From contig CATNEN010000038.1 in NCBI GenBank assembly GCA_950097015.1, positions 17,794,001 to 17,858,000 of the forward strand: a DNA stretch of 64,000 nt. Reading direction: 5' to 3'. The stretch comes from Macrostomum hystrix. Lineage: Eukaryota; Animalia; Platyhelminthes. Position 1 is the stretch's first letter. Every line of letters starts with the position of its first letter. Below, in pieces: positions 11,487 through 23,986 of the stretch. Position numbers and translations under genes: made by a program. The notes beneath the pieces are model-generated. The model saw only the letters and a program-made list of their open reading frames with translations. It had not been told where the DNA came from and searched no databases.

Positions 11487-14400
11487 TCAAACAGTCAGCA
11501 AAATGTAAGAGTTATACTTGGCAATATTCCGTTTGAGAATATCGCCGCAAGGTCCCATGACGCGTTCAAAGCGTTTGCGATCGAGTTTGACGCATTTTAG
11601 CGGGCCGCGAGCAATCACCGTGGCAGCGCGAGGCCGATCTAACAGAAGAGCAATTTCACCTGCGGGAAAATGGGTACTTTTAATTTGTTTGATTGTTTAT
11701 TACAGAACAAATGCAATAAAAAATGAACACCTACTACTTACCAAAGTAGTCTGACGGACCCAGTTTGCCTACTTCGACTGCGTCCTCATTCTCTGACGGC
11801 CTCTGCATGACGGCTGCCACGCCCTGGAAGTAAAAGTACAATTTAGCCGACTTTTTATACAATACTTATCTCAAATAAAATATTAAAACGTACTTGTTTT
11901 TTAATTTATATCTCACGCCTTAAGAGATTAAACCAGACTGAAATCTCACCCCTAAGATATTTAACCAAACCGGAATCTCACCCCTAAGATATTTAACCAA
12001 ACTGAAATCTCACCCCTAAGATATTTAACCAAACTCAAATCTCACCCCTAAGATATTTAACCAAACCGGAATCTCACCCCTAAGATATTTAACCAAACTG
12101 AAATCTCACCCCTAAGATATTTAACCAAACTCAAATCTCACCCCTAAGATATTTAACCAAACTGAAATCTCACCCCTAAGATATTTAACCAAACTGAAAT
12201 CTCACCCCTAAGATATTTAACCAAACTCAAATCTCACCCCTAAGATATTTAACCAAACCGGAATCTCACCCCTAAGATATTTAACCAAACCGGAATCTCA
12301 CCCCTAAGATATTTAACCAAACCGGAATCTCAGCCCTAAGTGATTTAAACAGACTGAAATCTCACCCCTAAGTGATTTAAACAGACTGAAATCTCACCCC
12401 TAAGTTATTTAAACAGACTGAAATCTTACTCCTAAGAGTGAGAATTCCTTTGCACAAAACTGCTTAAAAGGATACAAAATACTTTAAAACTAATCCTTAG
12501 TCCTAGTTTTTACCTCCAAAATGATGAAGAAGTCGTCACCAGCCTCGCCCTGACGCACAACAGCTTCATTGTCTTCGAAGGCCACAGTTTCCAGTGCATC
12601 GGCCACAGTTAGCCGTTCCCACAGATCCAGATTCTCCAGTATTGGCACTTTGCTTAGAAATTCTTCATACATTTTCCGTTTGCGAATGGTGCTACCCATC
12701 AGGATGCGCCTGTAGGAGTCGCGATCGATGCCCCAAAGCTTAACGTCTGTTTTGGCGCGAACCGTGGCAGCCCTGGGCGTCCCGTAGATCAATGCCAATT
12801 CGCCGAAACTGCCGCCTTCGCCAACTGTGCTAACGTATTCGCCGTTGACGTAGATGTCGACCTCGCCTTGGTCTAGGATGTAGAAATTGTCACCCTCGGC
12901 GCCTTGCTCGATGATAACTTCGTTAGCGTTGCGGTGAAGCGGGAACATCGCATCGAAGATGTCACTGGAGTTGCCAAAGAAAGTATGTAAGGATTCGGCA
13001 CACACACACACACACAAACACTGCAACAAGACATTTAAGCAACTCACCTTCGCTCATTATCGTCTAAATGTGAAAACAAAACATTCTTAGCGATTGCCTT
13101 GGACAAAGCTCCCATTGTTTTGTAGTCTTTTGGTACTACCTGGTTAATTGTTAAAATCAAATATGACTTCTTTGAATTTATGACTCTAGCAATGGATTAA
13201 ATATGCCTAAACTTGAACGTTGATTATCAATGGCCGACTCTGAAATACCGAAAACTGAAGGTCAATGACCGATTTTGAAATACTGAGAACTGAAGGTCAA
13301 TGACCGATTTTTGAAATACTGAGAACTGAAGGTCAATGACCGATTTTTGAAATACTGAGAACTGAAGGTCAATGACCGATTTTTGAAATACTGAGAACTG
13401 AAGGTCAATGACCGATTTTGAAATACTGAGAACTGAAGGTCAATGACCGATTTTGAAATACTGAGAACTGAAGGTCAATGACCGATATTTGAAATACTGA
13501 GAACTGAAGGTCAATGACCGATTTTGAAATACTGAGAACTGAAGGTCAATGACCGATTTTTGAAATACTGAGAACTGAAGGCAAATGACGGATTTTGAAA
13601 TACTGAGAACTGAAGGCAAATGACGGATTTTGAAATACTGAGAACTGAAGGCAAATGATCGATTTTGAAATACTGAGAACTGAAGGCAAATGACGGATTT
13701 TGAAATACTGAGAACTGAAGTACAATGACCAATTCTGCAATACTAAGAACTGATCGACAATGACCGATTCTGATATACCCAGAACTGATCGACAATGACC
13801 GATAATGAAATTCCGAAGAACTAAAGGACAGTGACCGATAATGAAATTCCGAAGAACTAAAGTACAATGACCATAGTCTGATCCACTGAAATCTGAAGGT
13901 CAACGGCCGATACAGTGTGATTAAAAGATTCAAGAGTAGGATCAACATAATTGAGCAAACCTTCTTAACATAGCTAGCAGCGTCTTCCTCGGTGTAGACT
14001 TCACCACTGACCGCACCTCGCCGACTGCGCTTCCTCTGTACTGACTGAGCTGGAGCCAACATTGGCGGCAGCATACTCTCGTCGTCGTCATCGATGCCGC
14101 AGGTTCCCGATGGCAAGCCAGCGGCAGCTGAACTAGTTGAGCCAGAATATTTCTGCACTGAAGATGACGGAGCTGAGTAAGCAGACCCAGCTAGTTCAGG
14201 CATTAGGATGCGATTCTGTACAATTGAAAATAACAAATAATTTTAATTACAGTATAGTACGACAGGCAGGTGAAGGCAACAACTTTCTAAAGATATCCAG
14301 AACATAAAAAACTAACTAATGCACCACTCAGAATTTTTTTAATCTGATTATACCTCATTTTTTCTATCTAAATGCATGGAAATCAAATAATGTTACAAGT

Positions 14401-17400
14401 ATAATTAACTGCTTATTTTTTACCTTACAAAAGTTTTCATTCTAGATAATATATTTCAAGTGTAAGGGCAATGAAATTCACTACTTCTACTAATGCAAGA
14501 TAATAAGGATTTATCAGAATATTTGTATTGAACTCTTTCATTGCAAACTATAACTTGAGAAATGTAGCACAATGTAGCTAAATGAAAAACAATCTATACA
14601 TTGTTCTTTTTGCACTACAATAAGCAACCAAAACATTATATACCACATAACTACAATTAACTATATATTTATAGCACATACAAGAGTGCAGAAAAAAATT
14701 AAATAAAAAAACACAAATTCAGTAGGCATTTCCTACTAATGAAACATTTATAGCCTTTTCTTGAGACTTTTTGGCATATAGAAATACAAGGTGGTGGCCA
14801 ATTACAGCAAGCTGCCATGCAGAAAAGGACAGATCCATGTAGAACATGGTCCAGATAATGTTTAGTGCACACCAGAAAAAATTAGGAATATTTGATTTGC
14901 ATGCCAAGTTTAGACATATTTTTGAATTGGATACCAGTGTGGTTTTCACACAAAAAATGTTATTTAGGACAAATGTGACACTTGTATTTTGTAAAAGACA
15001 CAACCTATTTTTGCTTAAAGAGACATTTGAAGTTGTTCGCATATTGTATTTAACTAAAAGCAATGGAACATAAAAATGAAGTTATTTTTAGAATTTATAG
15101 TCCTATTTTTAAATGGTAAAAAGTTGACACAACAGACATAATTTTTATTTATTTATGCTAAGTCTGTAATGTTTTATATAGATAATAGTATCTTTAGTAT
15201 ATCATTACAGTTTTATAGCTTTAAAACTGTCACCACTTTCTTAAATGATTCAAGACTATTCAATGTTGATAATACAAATAAACAAGCAATATATTAGATT
15301 TTTTATTGGAAATGCATGAATGCATACCACTGTCAAGAGGGTGTCCAGTGTATGCCAGAGTTTTTGTAGGCAAAAGTAAGGGTGTATGTCAAGTACACCA
15401 AAAATTTCCAACCCCTGTTTATAAAGTTATGCTGATATACCAATTTGTTTTGATCACTACACTAGGAACTAGGATCTATTTGAATTCAATTCAAATAAAT
15501 TCAAATCATGACAGTTCAATTTAGTAGCATTAACTTAGGGATATAGCTAAGAGCTTGTCATACTCACGAGGCTCAAATATTACATAATTTTATTTAGGCC
15601 TAACCTCAATGGGTTAATATATAATATGGATGGAGATATTATTACATGTGATATATTAGGCGAATTTAATGCTTCGCACATCACATGAGATATGTAGCAT
15701 TTAAAAAATGTTTCTAAGAAATGAAGGCTTCTAAGGTTGAGTATTTCTTCTTCTAGTGGTCCTTGCAGGAAAAGTTTATGTCAGCAATGTATTTCATATG
15801 AGGCCAAAATGTAGGGTTTTTTGAGAGATGAATCATCAGCATGGCTAATTGTCTACTTGGAGTGGGTTTGGGAATTCCCTGTCACACACCCCAATTAAAA
15901 TCTCGTCCTGCTAGCAGCCACCCCACTCCAGTGTATGTACATTTTAACATCAGTTTAACGTTGGTAAAAACCGATTGGCCAAGGTTATACACATAGAATA
16001 TGGCATATGGCTATAGGGATATCATTAACCTTGGAATGATGATGATTGAAAATCAACAATTTGCAAGCATAACACAAAAAGATCACTAGGCATTTATTAT
16101 ATGGTCCCATACATGTGCAACCTCCCAAATCTTAGCCGGCCTTGCGACTTAGTTTTTGCTCTCATTTGCGACTTAGTTTGTTTCATTGCTCTATTTACGA
16201 CTTAGTTTGCTCTCATTTGCTCTCTTTTTCTCTCCCCTTTTTCCTTTTCTTCACGCCTTCCTTTTTTGTCCCTTGGTCCCCCCTTTGATTTTTTTGCGCT
16301 TGGTCGATTGGTTTTTGCGACTTACCTTGCTTGGCCCTAGTTTCACCGGGTGTTGTGCATGTATGTATGGTCCTATAGGGTGGTTCTCACAGAGTTGCCA
16401 CTTTTAGTGTCCAAAGTGTTTTTTTGCCAATTTTGATTGTTTTTTTATCTATTACTGCAGTATATTATATAAGCTACAGTAAAAAGTGGTTTAAAGCAGT
16501 TTTTTAACACTTCATTGACAAATTCATCATTCTTCATTCAAATTCTTCATTCATCACTCATCGGATCTACGCTTTTGAGGGCTGTAGATCCGATGAGTAA
16601 AACTGCTATTAAATGCAAATATTAAGGAATCCATTGGGGCTAGAATAAAGTGCCATATGTCATTAGAGACATCTATGTACCCTTCATAATATGATATAGC
16701 ATTTGTGGTTTTACAGAATACACATCCTGAGAATTTTACATTTCCCCGATATAGATCCGATGAGTCAAACTGCTTACTCAAAAAAATCTGTTTTTTTACA
16801 TTTTAGTTTTTTGGTAGTTGAATAGAGATAGTATGTAGTGTGCCTATAGTTTTATGAAAGCACATAAATATATATTTCGTTTGCAAGAGGATTTAGCACT
16901 GAATATGCTACCACTAATTTTTTACTGACGAATTTAGGTCAAGAGGTCTGACGTAGATCTGATGAGTTAAGTTTTGTGAGACACTTAGAAAAGCCACAAA
17001 GTAAGTAGATATAGCTGAATTATAATAGAAATTATGTTTCCTAATGCTTATTTTAGTTATATATTGCCATATAAAAGAACAATGACGTCTTGAACACAAA
17101 CGCTTTTGACAAGGGAAAGTCTTAATCTTTGACTAACATGTGTGAGACACGGTGCTTTTACAGACTTTCATGATTTCTAGTGATTTAAAAATATGTAAAC
17201 AAATGGAATTTATAACAAAGCTTTAGTGCCCCACATAGGGAAACATTGATAGAACACAAATGGTTCAACAGGACAGCTTCAAATTACATTATAAAATATA
17301 TTTTTTGAAAAGACACGTTTTTTCAGTACTATGGCAATCCCGTGAGAATCACCCTATAGACATATTCTGTCTTCAAAATTAATTTTATATAAGGTACAAA

Positions 17401-18906
17401 CTTAATGTATTTTGCTTTTTATACATGCCACATTGCCTTACACTGCAAAGAATTTTTCTGTATTCCAAATATATGTTTATAAGATTCAAGCAATCAAATG
17501 TCTACCAATGAACTATAGAGGGCTAATTCATGCCAGAAAATGCAGGGCACCTTGCTGACAGTGGAATGCAACCTTTGTATTGCACACTAGGCCTATGCCA
17601 ACCCCTTGACATATAGGCCCTACACCAATGCATGCCAGCCCAAAGCAAATATATTCTGGAAAATTCTGACATTCACTAGGCCTACATGGTCCTGACTTAC
17701 AGACTAGCTATTATATGTAGATGAAGTTTGCAATATTCACACTGGACTGTGCCAATAGTAAGCACTGCCTAGTAAAACACTAAGAAAAATAAATAGTATA
17801 GGGCCTATTCATCACAAACATGGAAGTGCTTATTCGCATGGTCCCATGCCAATAATTTCAATTTTATCCACATGGATCCGTGCTGATACTTTCCTGCTTA
17901 TCCACACGGCAGCTTGTATGAATAGGTCAGGTCTACTTTCAAGTCCCTACCTATTATTCTCTAAGCATTAGGCTTTTGCTTCAGAGTATAGTGTATAGGG
18001 CCTAGTGTACACTATCAATGCATAGTATAAAAGAATAACAATGATGTATAATGTGTGACGAGTTTGGTGCTGACTGGAATTCTGCTGGTTGACTTGTATG
18101 ATTTTCTTTGATAGACTTTTTACTTTTTAAGTCAATACAATTCAAATGAAAACATGTAACAATAACAAAGTATGAGTTGTTATTAAAGTAATTAAAAAGG
18201 ATGACATTAATGTCGCTTAATGAATGTGTAGGTCGAAATGTAGAACACTGTCGTAACACACTGACAACTTTGTTGATCTATTGGCTCGAGGGTTCAACAA
18301 AACGTTCAAACCTGAAAGGGCCTCATTTCAAAGAACAGAACTGTGTGGATAAAATAAAAATTAACAGCACGGCATATTTATATGCAAAAAAGTTTTAGAC
18401 ATATTCATACAATGAATTATCGGCACGGGACCATGGGAATAAGCTCTGCCCACAAACATCTGAAAAAATTGCCATATTAACACTATAGACTATAATCTAG
18501 ATAAGTAATATACTCAAATGCATTATTAGTTGAAGATTTATCTAAAGATGATAGAGGACTACAGACTGCCCATAAGGGCCTACTGGAATATCTGCAAAAA
18601 TAGAGTGGATGCACAACAGGGACGTCTCAAATGTGTGACAATGACAAGCCCTCCTAGTTTTACCAAGATGCGTGACAAGCATCATTGCAATTGCAATTTA
18701 GTAAAAATTGCACAAAGAAAACAAAAAACTGAGACAAAATTTACCTTATCCAATTTCTCAAAGTAATCTCGAACAAATTTGAATGGATTTTCTGGCTGAG
18801 TTATACACAACCGCACAATGCACTCCTTTAGAGCCTTCTGAATTTGATGGTTTTTAAGATATTTTTCTACATCATTCAGATGTGCTTCCTCGGTAGAAAG
18901 ATTCAT
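11487..18906 (-). CDS. PRKAR1A: cAMP-dependent protein kinase type I regulatory subunit, 6 exons complement(18906..18745,14215..13961,13139..13048,12964..12514,11823..11742,11659..11487)
   Basis: Dimerisation/docking domain ([27 protein letters not shown]), type-I pseudosubstrate [36 protein letters not shown] and [22 protein letters not shown]. All introns are GT-AG and in phase. Confidence 0.97.
11935..12437. repeat. 32-bp minisatellite in PRKAR1 intron
   Basis: aaatctcacccctaagatatttaaccaaactg, about 15 copies. Confidence 0.95.
13225..13905. repeat. 35-36-bp minisatellite in PRKAR1 intron
   Basis: gaaatactgagaactgaaggtcaatgaccgatttt tandem, progressively diverged toward 13900. Confidence 0.95.
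16108..16365. mobile_element. MITE with 8-bp TSD (hAT- or P-like)
   Basis: TIRs catacatgtgcaac / gttgtgcatgtatg. Perfect TSD tatggtcc at 16100-16107 and 16366-16373. Internal gcgactta repeats. Confidence 0.85.
16376..17356. mobile_element. Non-autonomous Tc1/mariner-like element (TA TSD)
   Basis: TIRs tagggtggttctcacagagttgcca / tggcaatcccgtgagaatcacccta flanked by TA. Internal repeated motif tagatcygatgagt, including a 15-bp inverted pair at ~16556-16598. Confidence 0.8.
17822..18450. mobile_element. MULE-type MITE (GG(C/A)AGTGC TIR family), 9-bp TSD
   Basis: TIRs ggaagtgcttattcgcatggtccc / gggaccatgggaataagctctgcc. Perfect TSD cacaaacat at 17813-17821 and 18451-18459. Confidence 0.85.
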
Positions 18907-19602
18907 TGCGATTTTCAAATTTTACAGTTAGACTCAGAACATAGAAACAGGTAAATTACCAAATAATTATTACAAGTCAAGATTATGTCCTTTGTCTTGC
19001 CAAGCTTATCTCAAGGCCAACCAATAAAGAACAACAGAACCGATATTACCAATATTTTCTAGAAAAAGCTAAAAAACTATAAAGCAACAATTTTTTCACA
19101 GCAACACTTTTTTATACTCATTTTGCTCTTAAAAAACAGTTTATGTTATTTTTAGCTTCGAAAATTTGCTAAAAGAAGTCATTTGTTTAAAACTTTAGCA
19201 ATTTAAGCCGCGTGGTTTTAAGATGAAAACCAATGTCATGAATTTTTTATATCGTAAAAATATATCTTAAAGCTTAAATCGATAATGGGTAGTTTGTTGG
19301 TAGCTAGTCTACTTTAGTATTCCTATTAGTTTTCTGATTATAGAAAAAGTGATGACTGATTTTCGTTCGATTGGTAAGTAAGTTGGCTGTTTGTTGGAAA
19401 TATAAAGCAACACTAGGCCCTATCAGCTATCTGCTATTGAAATTGACTAGTAATGCTAATTAATTGTTTACTCTTTAGCATTAATTATGCTGTTTTGGAT
19501 TTTTGCATCTGTTTTTATAGATTTATTTTTTTATATTGACTTAAGTCTATGGTATTAAATAATATTATTGGTTATCTAATATATTCAATAGATAATTTCT
19601 TA

Positions 19603-20260
19603 GGCAGTGCTTATCCCCATGGTACCGTAGAAATAATTTTTGTCTTATTCCTACGGTATCGTGGGAATAATTTCCTGCTTATCCGCATGGCACACTGACG
19701 AGATAGCTGTCCTATCTTCAACATATTCTGTGGGAATAATTTCCTGCTTATCCACACGGCACACCGTTGAGATAGCTGTCCTATCTTCAGCTATAGACTT
19801 AGAAGGCTTGAGCTATAAGATTAGATAAATACACACTTCAGTTGGATTCTTTTAAATATATAAATAATTGAAATATATATTTTATATACTTAAAAAGCCA
19901 CCGTATTGGGTAACTACTTGCGAAAAAAGCAGAAAACTTTAATTTGTTTACTTGCTTTTAAAAACCAGAAGAAAAAATGAAAATTGCAGTCATGATAAAA
20001 AGATAGATGATAGGACAGCTATCTCGTCAGTGTGCCGTGCGGATAAGCAGGAAATTATTCCCACAGAATATGTTGAAGATAGGACAGCTATCTCTACAGT
20101 GTGCCATGCGGATAAGCAGGAAATTATTCCCACGGAATATGTTGAAGATAGGACAGCTATCTCGTCAGTGTGCCGTGCGGATAAGCAGGAAATTATTCCC
20201 ACGGTACGGTAGGAATAAGACAAAAATTATTTCTACGGTACTGTGGAGATAAGCACTGCC
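19603..20260. mobile_element. MULE-type MITE with ~190-bp TIRs made of ~69-bp subrepeats
   Basis: ggcagtgcttatc.../...gataagcactgcc long inverted repeats. TSD aatttctta / aatttccta (8/9). Same TIR family as 17822-18450. Confidence 0.88.
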
Positions 20261-20414
20261 AATTTCCTATGCAATCTTATCTTTAAATGCCTAATTCGGA
20301 AAATTTAGGCTATTGGTTTTTGGACGCTTTGTAGTCACATTAAATCTCACAAGTCTAAGGTCTTTGGATTCTCTCTATGACTAGCACTGAAACAGGCTGT
20401 AATGGGAATACAAG

Positions 20415-20578
20415 GGGTCCGTGGAAATGCCGAAACGGACGAAACGGACCGAAACGGACCGAAACGAACCGAAACGGGCCGAAACGGACCGAAACGGACC
20501 GAAACGAACCGAAACGGACCGAAACGAACCGAAACCAACCAAAGCGGACCGAAACGGACCGAAACCAACCGAAATGGA
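20415..20578 (+). repeat. Left TIR of MULE: unique tip plus 10-bp tandem array
   Basis: Inverted match to 28990-29167. Confidence 0.92.
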
Positions 20579-21591
20579 CGAATCGGGAGACTTAACTTCA
20601 GAATCTATATGCATATATGTAACGTGTACCTGATGTTGATGTCGGATTTTTTCCCTTTCAAACTCGCGCCTGATTGGGGACTGGGAACTGAAGCCTGATT
20701 AACAAAGTCGGGGGGGGGCGAATAATAACAATAATTGCAGGAGGGCAGTGGGCTCACTGGCGCAGCACGTTTGGCGTCATCGTCCCACAGCCAGCGGGGA
20801 GGCAATTCTGCCCATTCCGCTGACTCCTGGGGGGTTTCTTATGAAAGTATTCTCTATGCTTAATGCTGAAAATGTGCATCAATTAGGCGGAAATTGGTGT
20901 ACATTTTCAGCATAAAGCATATGATATAGGTATTTCTTCTAGCTATTCATGTAACTATTTTCCGGTGTAAATTTCCGGGTTTTACGTTTAAACCTCGTAA
21001 CATCTTTGTGCAGCAACCTCACTCCCCCGTGCTATATCTACGAGCCAATTCTATCGCAAGAAAATTCATCGCTTCATCCCTTTGGTATAAGCTTGCTATA
21101 AGCTAAGCTTGTTGGTATAAGCTTGCCTCCCTTGTCCAGTCCAGCTTTCGCGCCCCGGCCGTGCCTTTTGCCTATTTCGCTTTCTCCGCTTTGCCGCCAC
21201 GTGCGCACGCCAGCTATAGCTTTACTACCCTTTCCACTGGCAGTGCCGATCGCCCCTTTCTCACCTGCCTAGATCCTTTCCATCTGCCTTCCGTCTCTCA
21301 GCTTGTGAGTGAGCGCCCGGTTCCCCCCGGCTAGGCGTGTACTCACCTGTTGTCTGTCGGTTGGCACCTCCCCCTCCCTGCGCTAGCAGGCTCACTGTGT
21401 CCCTTAGCTTAGCTTAGCTAGTCATAGTGAACTTTAGACACCAAATAGCTTTCATTGCACTTAGACTTTAGTCTTTCTGTCTATTTTGACGGTAAATAGC
21501 AACTTTTACATTTATTTATTTAATTATTATAACATATTTACATAGCAAGCATAGAATAGAAAGTCTCCACATTAGCAAATCTCGCTCGGGC

Positions 21592-22236
21592 ATGAGCAGC
21601 AACGGCAGTCGACCTCCGGCCAGGTCTTCAGCGGCATCGGCGTCGAAGAAGCCAGGTGCAGAGCTCATCCCCGGCCCTCCAGCCACTTCATCCAAGCGCC
21701 AGCGGCCGTCGAACTCCCGTGCCAGTCTAGAGTCGGCAGCAGCAGCGGCCGCCAAGAAGCCTAAGGCCGTACCAGGGCGATCCTCGATCCCCGGCCGTCC
21801 CAGCGATTCCAACTGTGCAAGCGACTCCGGTCACGAGAAGATCGTTGAGCACCCGGCCGAGTCTGCTGAGACCGCCGAGACGACCCTCCGAGACGACTCC
21901 CCGATCGAGATAGACACCGACATCGCTTCGGCTGACGGTACCGTTGGAGCCGACGGCGCGAGACCTGAATTTGCGACTCCTCCGACCTCGCCTTCAACTT
22001 CTGGCACCGGTACCGGCAATCTTGAAAGAGTAGTGAGTGGGGAAGCTGTTTCTGCCGCTCCAAGCCCACTTGGTCTAGTGCCCATCAACACCTCGGGTCT
22101 TACCTCCACATCCTTTGTCAATGATCGCTGTCTGGTCGACTACTACCCAAACGCTTTCTCTTCTCTTGCCGATGACCTTCTTGAAACTATCAAATCCGAA
22201 CTAGAGCCAAACATTGTTGTACTCGTAGTACATTAA
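21592..22236 (+). CDS. Orphan S/A/P-rich 214-aa ORF inside the MULE, convergent with the transposase (cargo, second gene, or 5' fragment of a LINE ORF1)
   Basis: ATG-initiated GC-rich non-repetitive ORF preceded by a pyrimidine-rich leader. No domain recognised. Confidence 0.4.
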   Translation: MSSNGSRPPARSSAASASKKPGAELIPGPPATSSKRQRPSNSRASLESAAAAAAKKPKAVPGRSSIPGRPSDSNCASDSGHEKIVEHPAESAETAETTLRDDSPIEIDTDIASADGTVGADGARPEFATPPTSPSTSGTGTGNLERVVSGEAVSAAPSPLGLVPINTSGLTSTSFVNDRCLVDYYPNAFSSLADDLLETIKSELEPNIVVLVVH

Positions 22237-23986
22237 CATTGCGCGCATTGAATTGCTAATACTCTGTAGCGAATTGGCCGCACAAGCCTATCTTACAGCA
22301 TAATCGAATTCAAAACACGAAGGCACAAGGCTTGCAGTAACTATACATGTATCTGAATTGATGAAAATTTATATACCGCCGAAGGTCGACTCCACTAGAA
22401 TTTCAACGATGCTGAAGTACATGTAATAGAATGTTTATACTGTAGTTAATCGATTTTACTCATTGCGCTCCGATATACGTTTTAAAAATAATTTGGAACG
22501 AAAAAATGTAAGATAAAATTATTGAAAGTTTTTTTCGAAAAACGGTTTAGTTAAGAGCAGTTTAATTTCAGCAAGTCAAAGAGACTCAAAGAGATGGTAA
22601 GAAAAAGGCAAACAAAAACCTTTTTGCAAAAAGCATCTTTCATAGACATAAAAGTCAATGTGGTTGATAAATTTGGTTGTGGTTGATAAAAGCGAGGTGA
22701 AGACACTGACAGGTAGTACGAATCTATAAAGTCAATTCCGTTGGGCTGACAAAACGTTACTGGCACAATTTAAAAGCGGCACAAATCGGCAAGTCAAGTG
22801 AGAATAGCAAAAATTGATTAAAAGCAGCAGAACGACAGCAGAAAAAGCAAAACTTATAAGCAAGAATAATGTAAAAATGCAGTGAGCGCCAAAATGTACA
22901 CATGGAAGCCAGCGGTGCAAAATAAAGTGTGCGACCCGACAGCAAGACTTACAGTATATAAAGCAAAACTGACGATCCAAAAGATGGTAAAAAATCTTTC
23001 ACGCGTTTCTTCAGCAGGAAATGTCAGGCAAAATCGACAACTAAAAGCAGCAGATAGCAATACAAAAATAATCAGAACGAAAGTAAGGTAGGTTGGGAAA
23101 CTTATCCCAAAGGAAGAAATTAATTTCCATGAAGCTATTGAGAGAATGTCAGGTGCTTCTCAATGTGGCAGCCACCCAGGGGAATAGCCCACCCAGAACC
23201 GATAGGCTCCGGTGCTTGTGCACTTCTCTCTCTCTCTCTCTCTCTCTTAAATTGCAGCAGCTAAAATCTTTACTTCTTACTCAGTAAAGTAATCAATTAG
23301 CGTTTTACTATACTTGACTCCGTTCACTCAGCAAGGGAATCTGAATTGATGGACTTAAGATACAGTGCATGAATGCAAGGGTGGTTTGGAATCATGTTGG
23401 CCCAATGCTTTGAAATTCATCTTTAGCAAAAAAACATGTTGACACTGGTGGGCTGGTAGACGTTGTTTAGCATGAAATAGAAGTTGAGGTTGCAGTTGAA
23501 GACTAATGGTCCTTATGTGAAGTACATCACATTCATAATAAGCAGGATAAAATAAAATGCAAATGCAAACAGCTTTCCACGACAGCATCATACAGCTAGT
23601 AAGTAGTACATGTATAGTAGGAAACACAGCTGGCAAAAAAATTATTTGCACACTTAAAAATTCCTATATGTACTTACTGTAACAGTCAGACAGTTGCATA
23701 TGAGATGGTAAACAAAAAGTGGCTGGTGCAGTAGAAATATGGTTAGGCAGGGGTAAGTAAATGAACAATAATTGGAAATACAAAGCACACTAGATAGTCA
23801 GTCGTAGGATTACCGTCGCTGTCTATAAAAATGGTCATATGGTTTAGACTGTGATGGTCACTGGCACTGGCATGTGCATGGGATTTCTATCGGGATAAAA
23901 ACGAATATTCGAACTAAGCACACAAATATATAGCTAGAAATGCAGCGCTGCACTTATTCCTGTCATTGTCAAATTAGCTGACACAT

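Noticed and set aside
8565-13905. CRISPR-like appearance of 29-36-bp repeats
   Set aside because: Head-to-tail repeats with no unique spacers, no cas genes, and a eukaryotic spliced context
16950-17000. Hammerhead-like CTGATGA..GAAA
   Set aside because: Stem II is not closed adjacent to the core and no stems I/III are found. It is one copy of the MITE's internal repeated motif.
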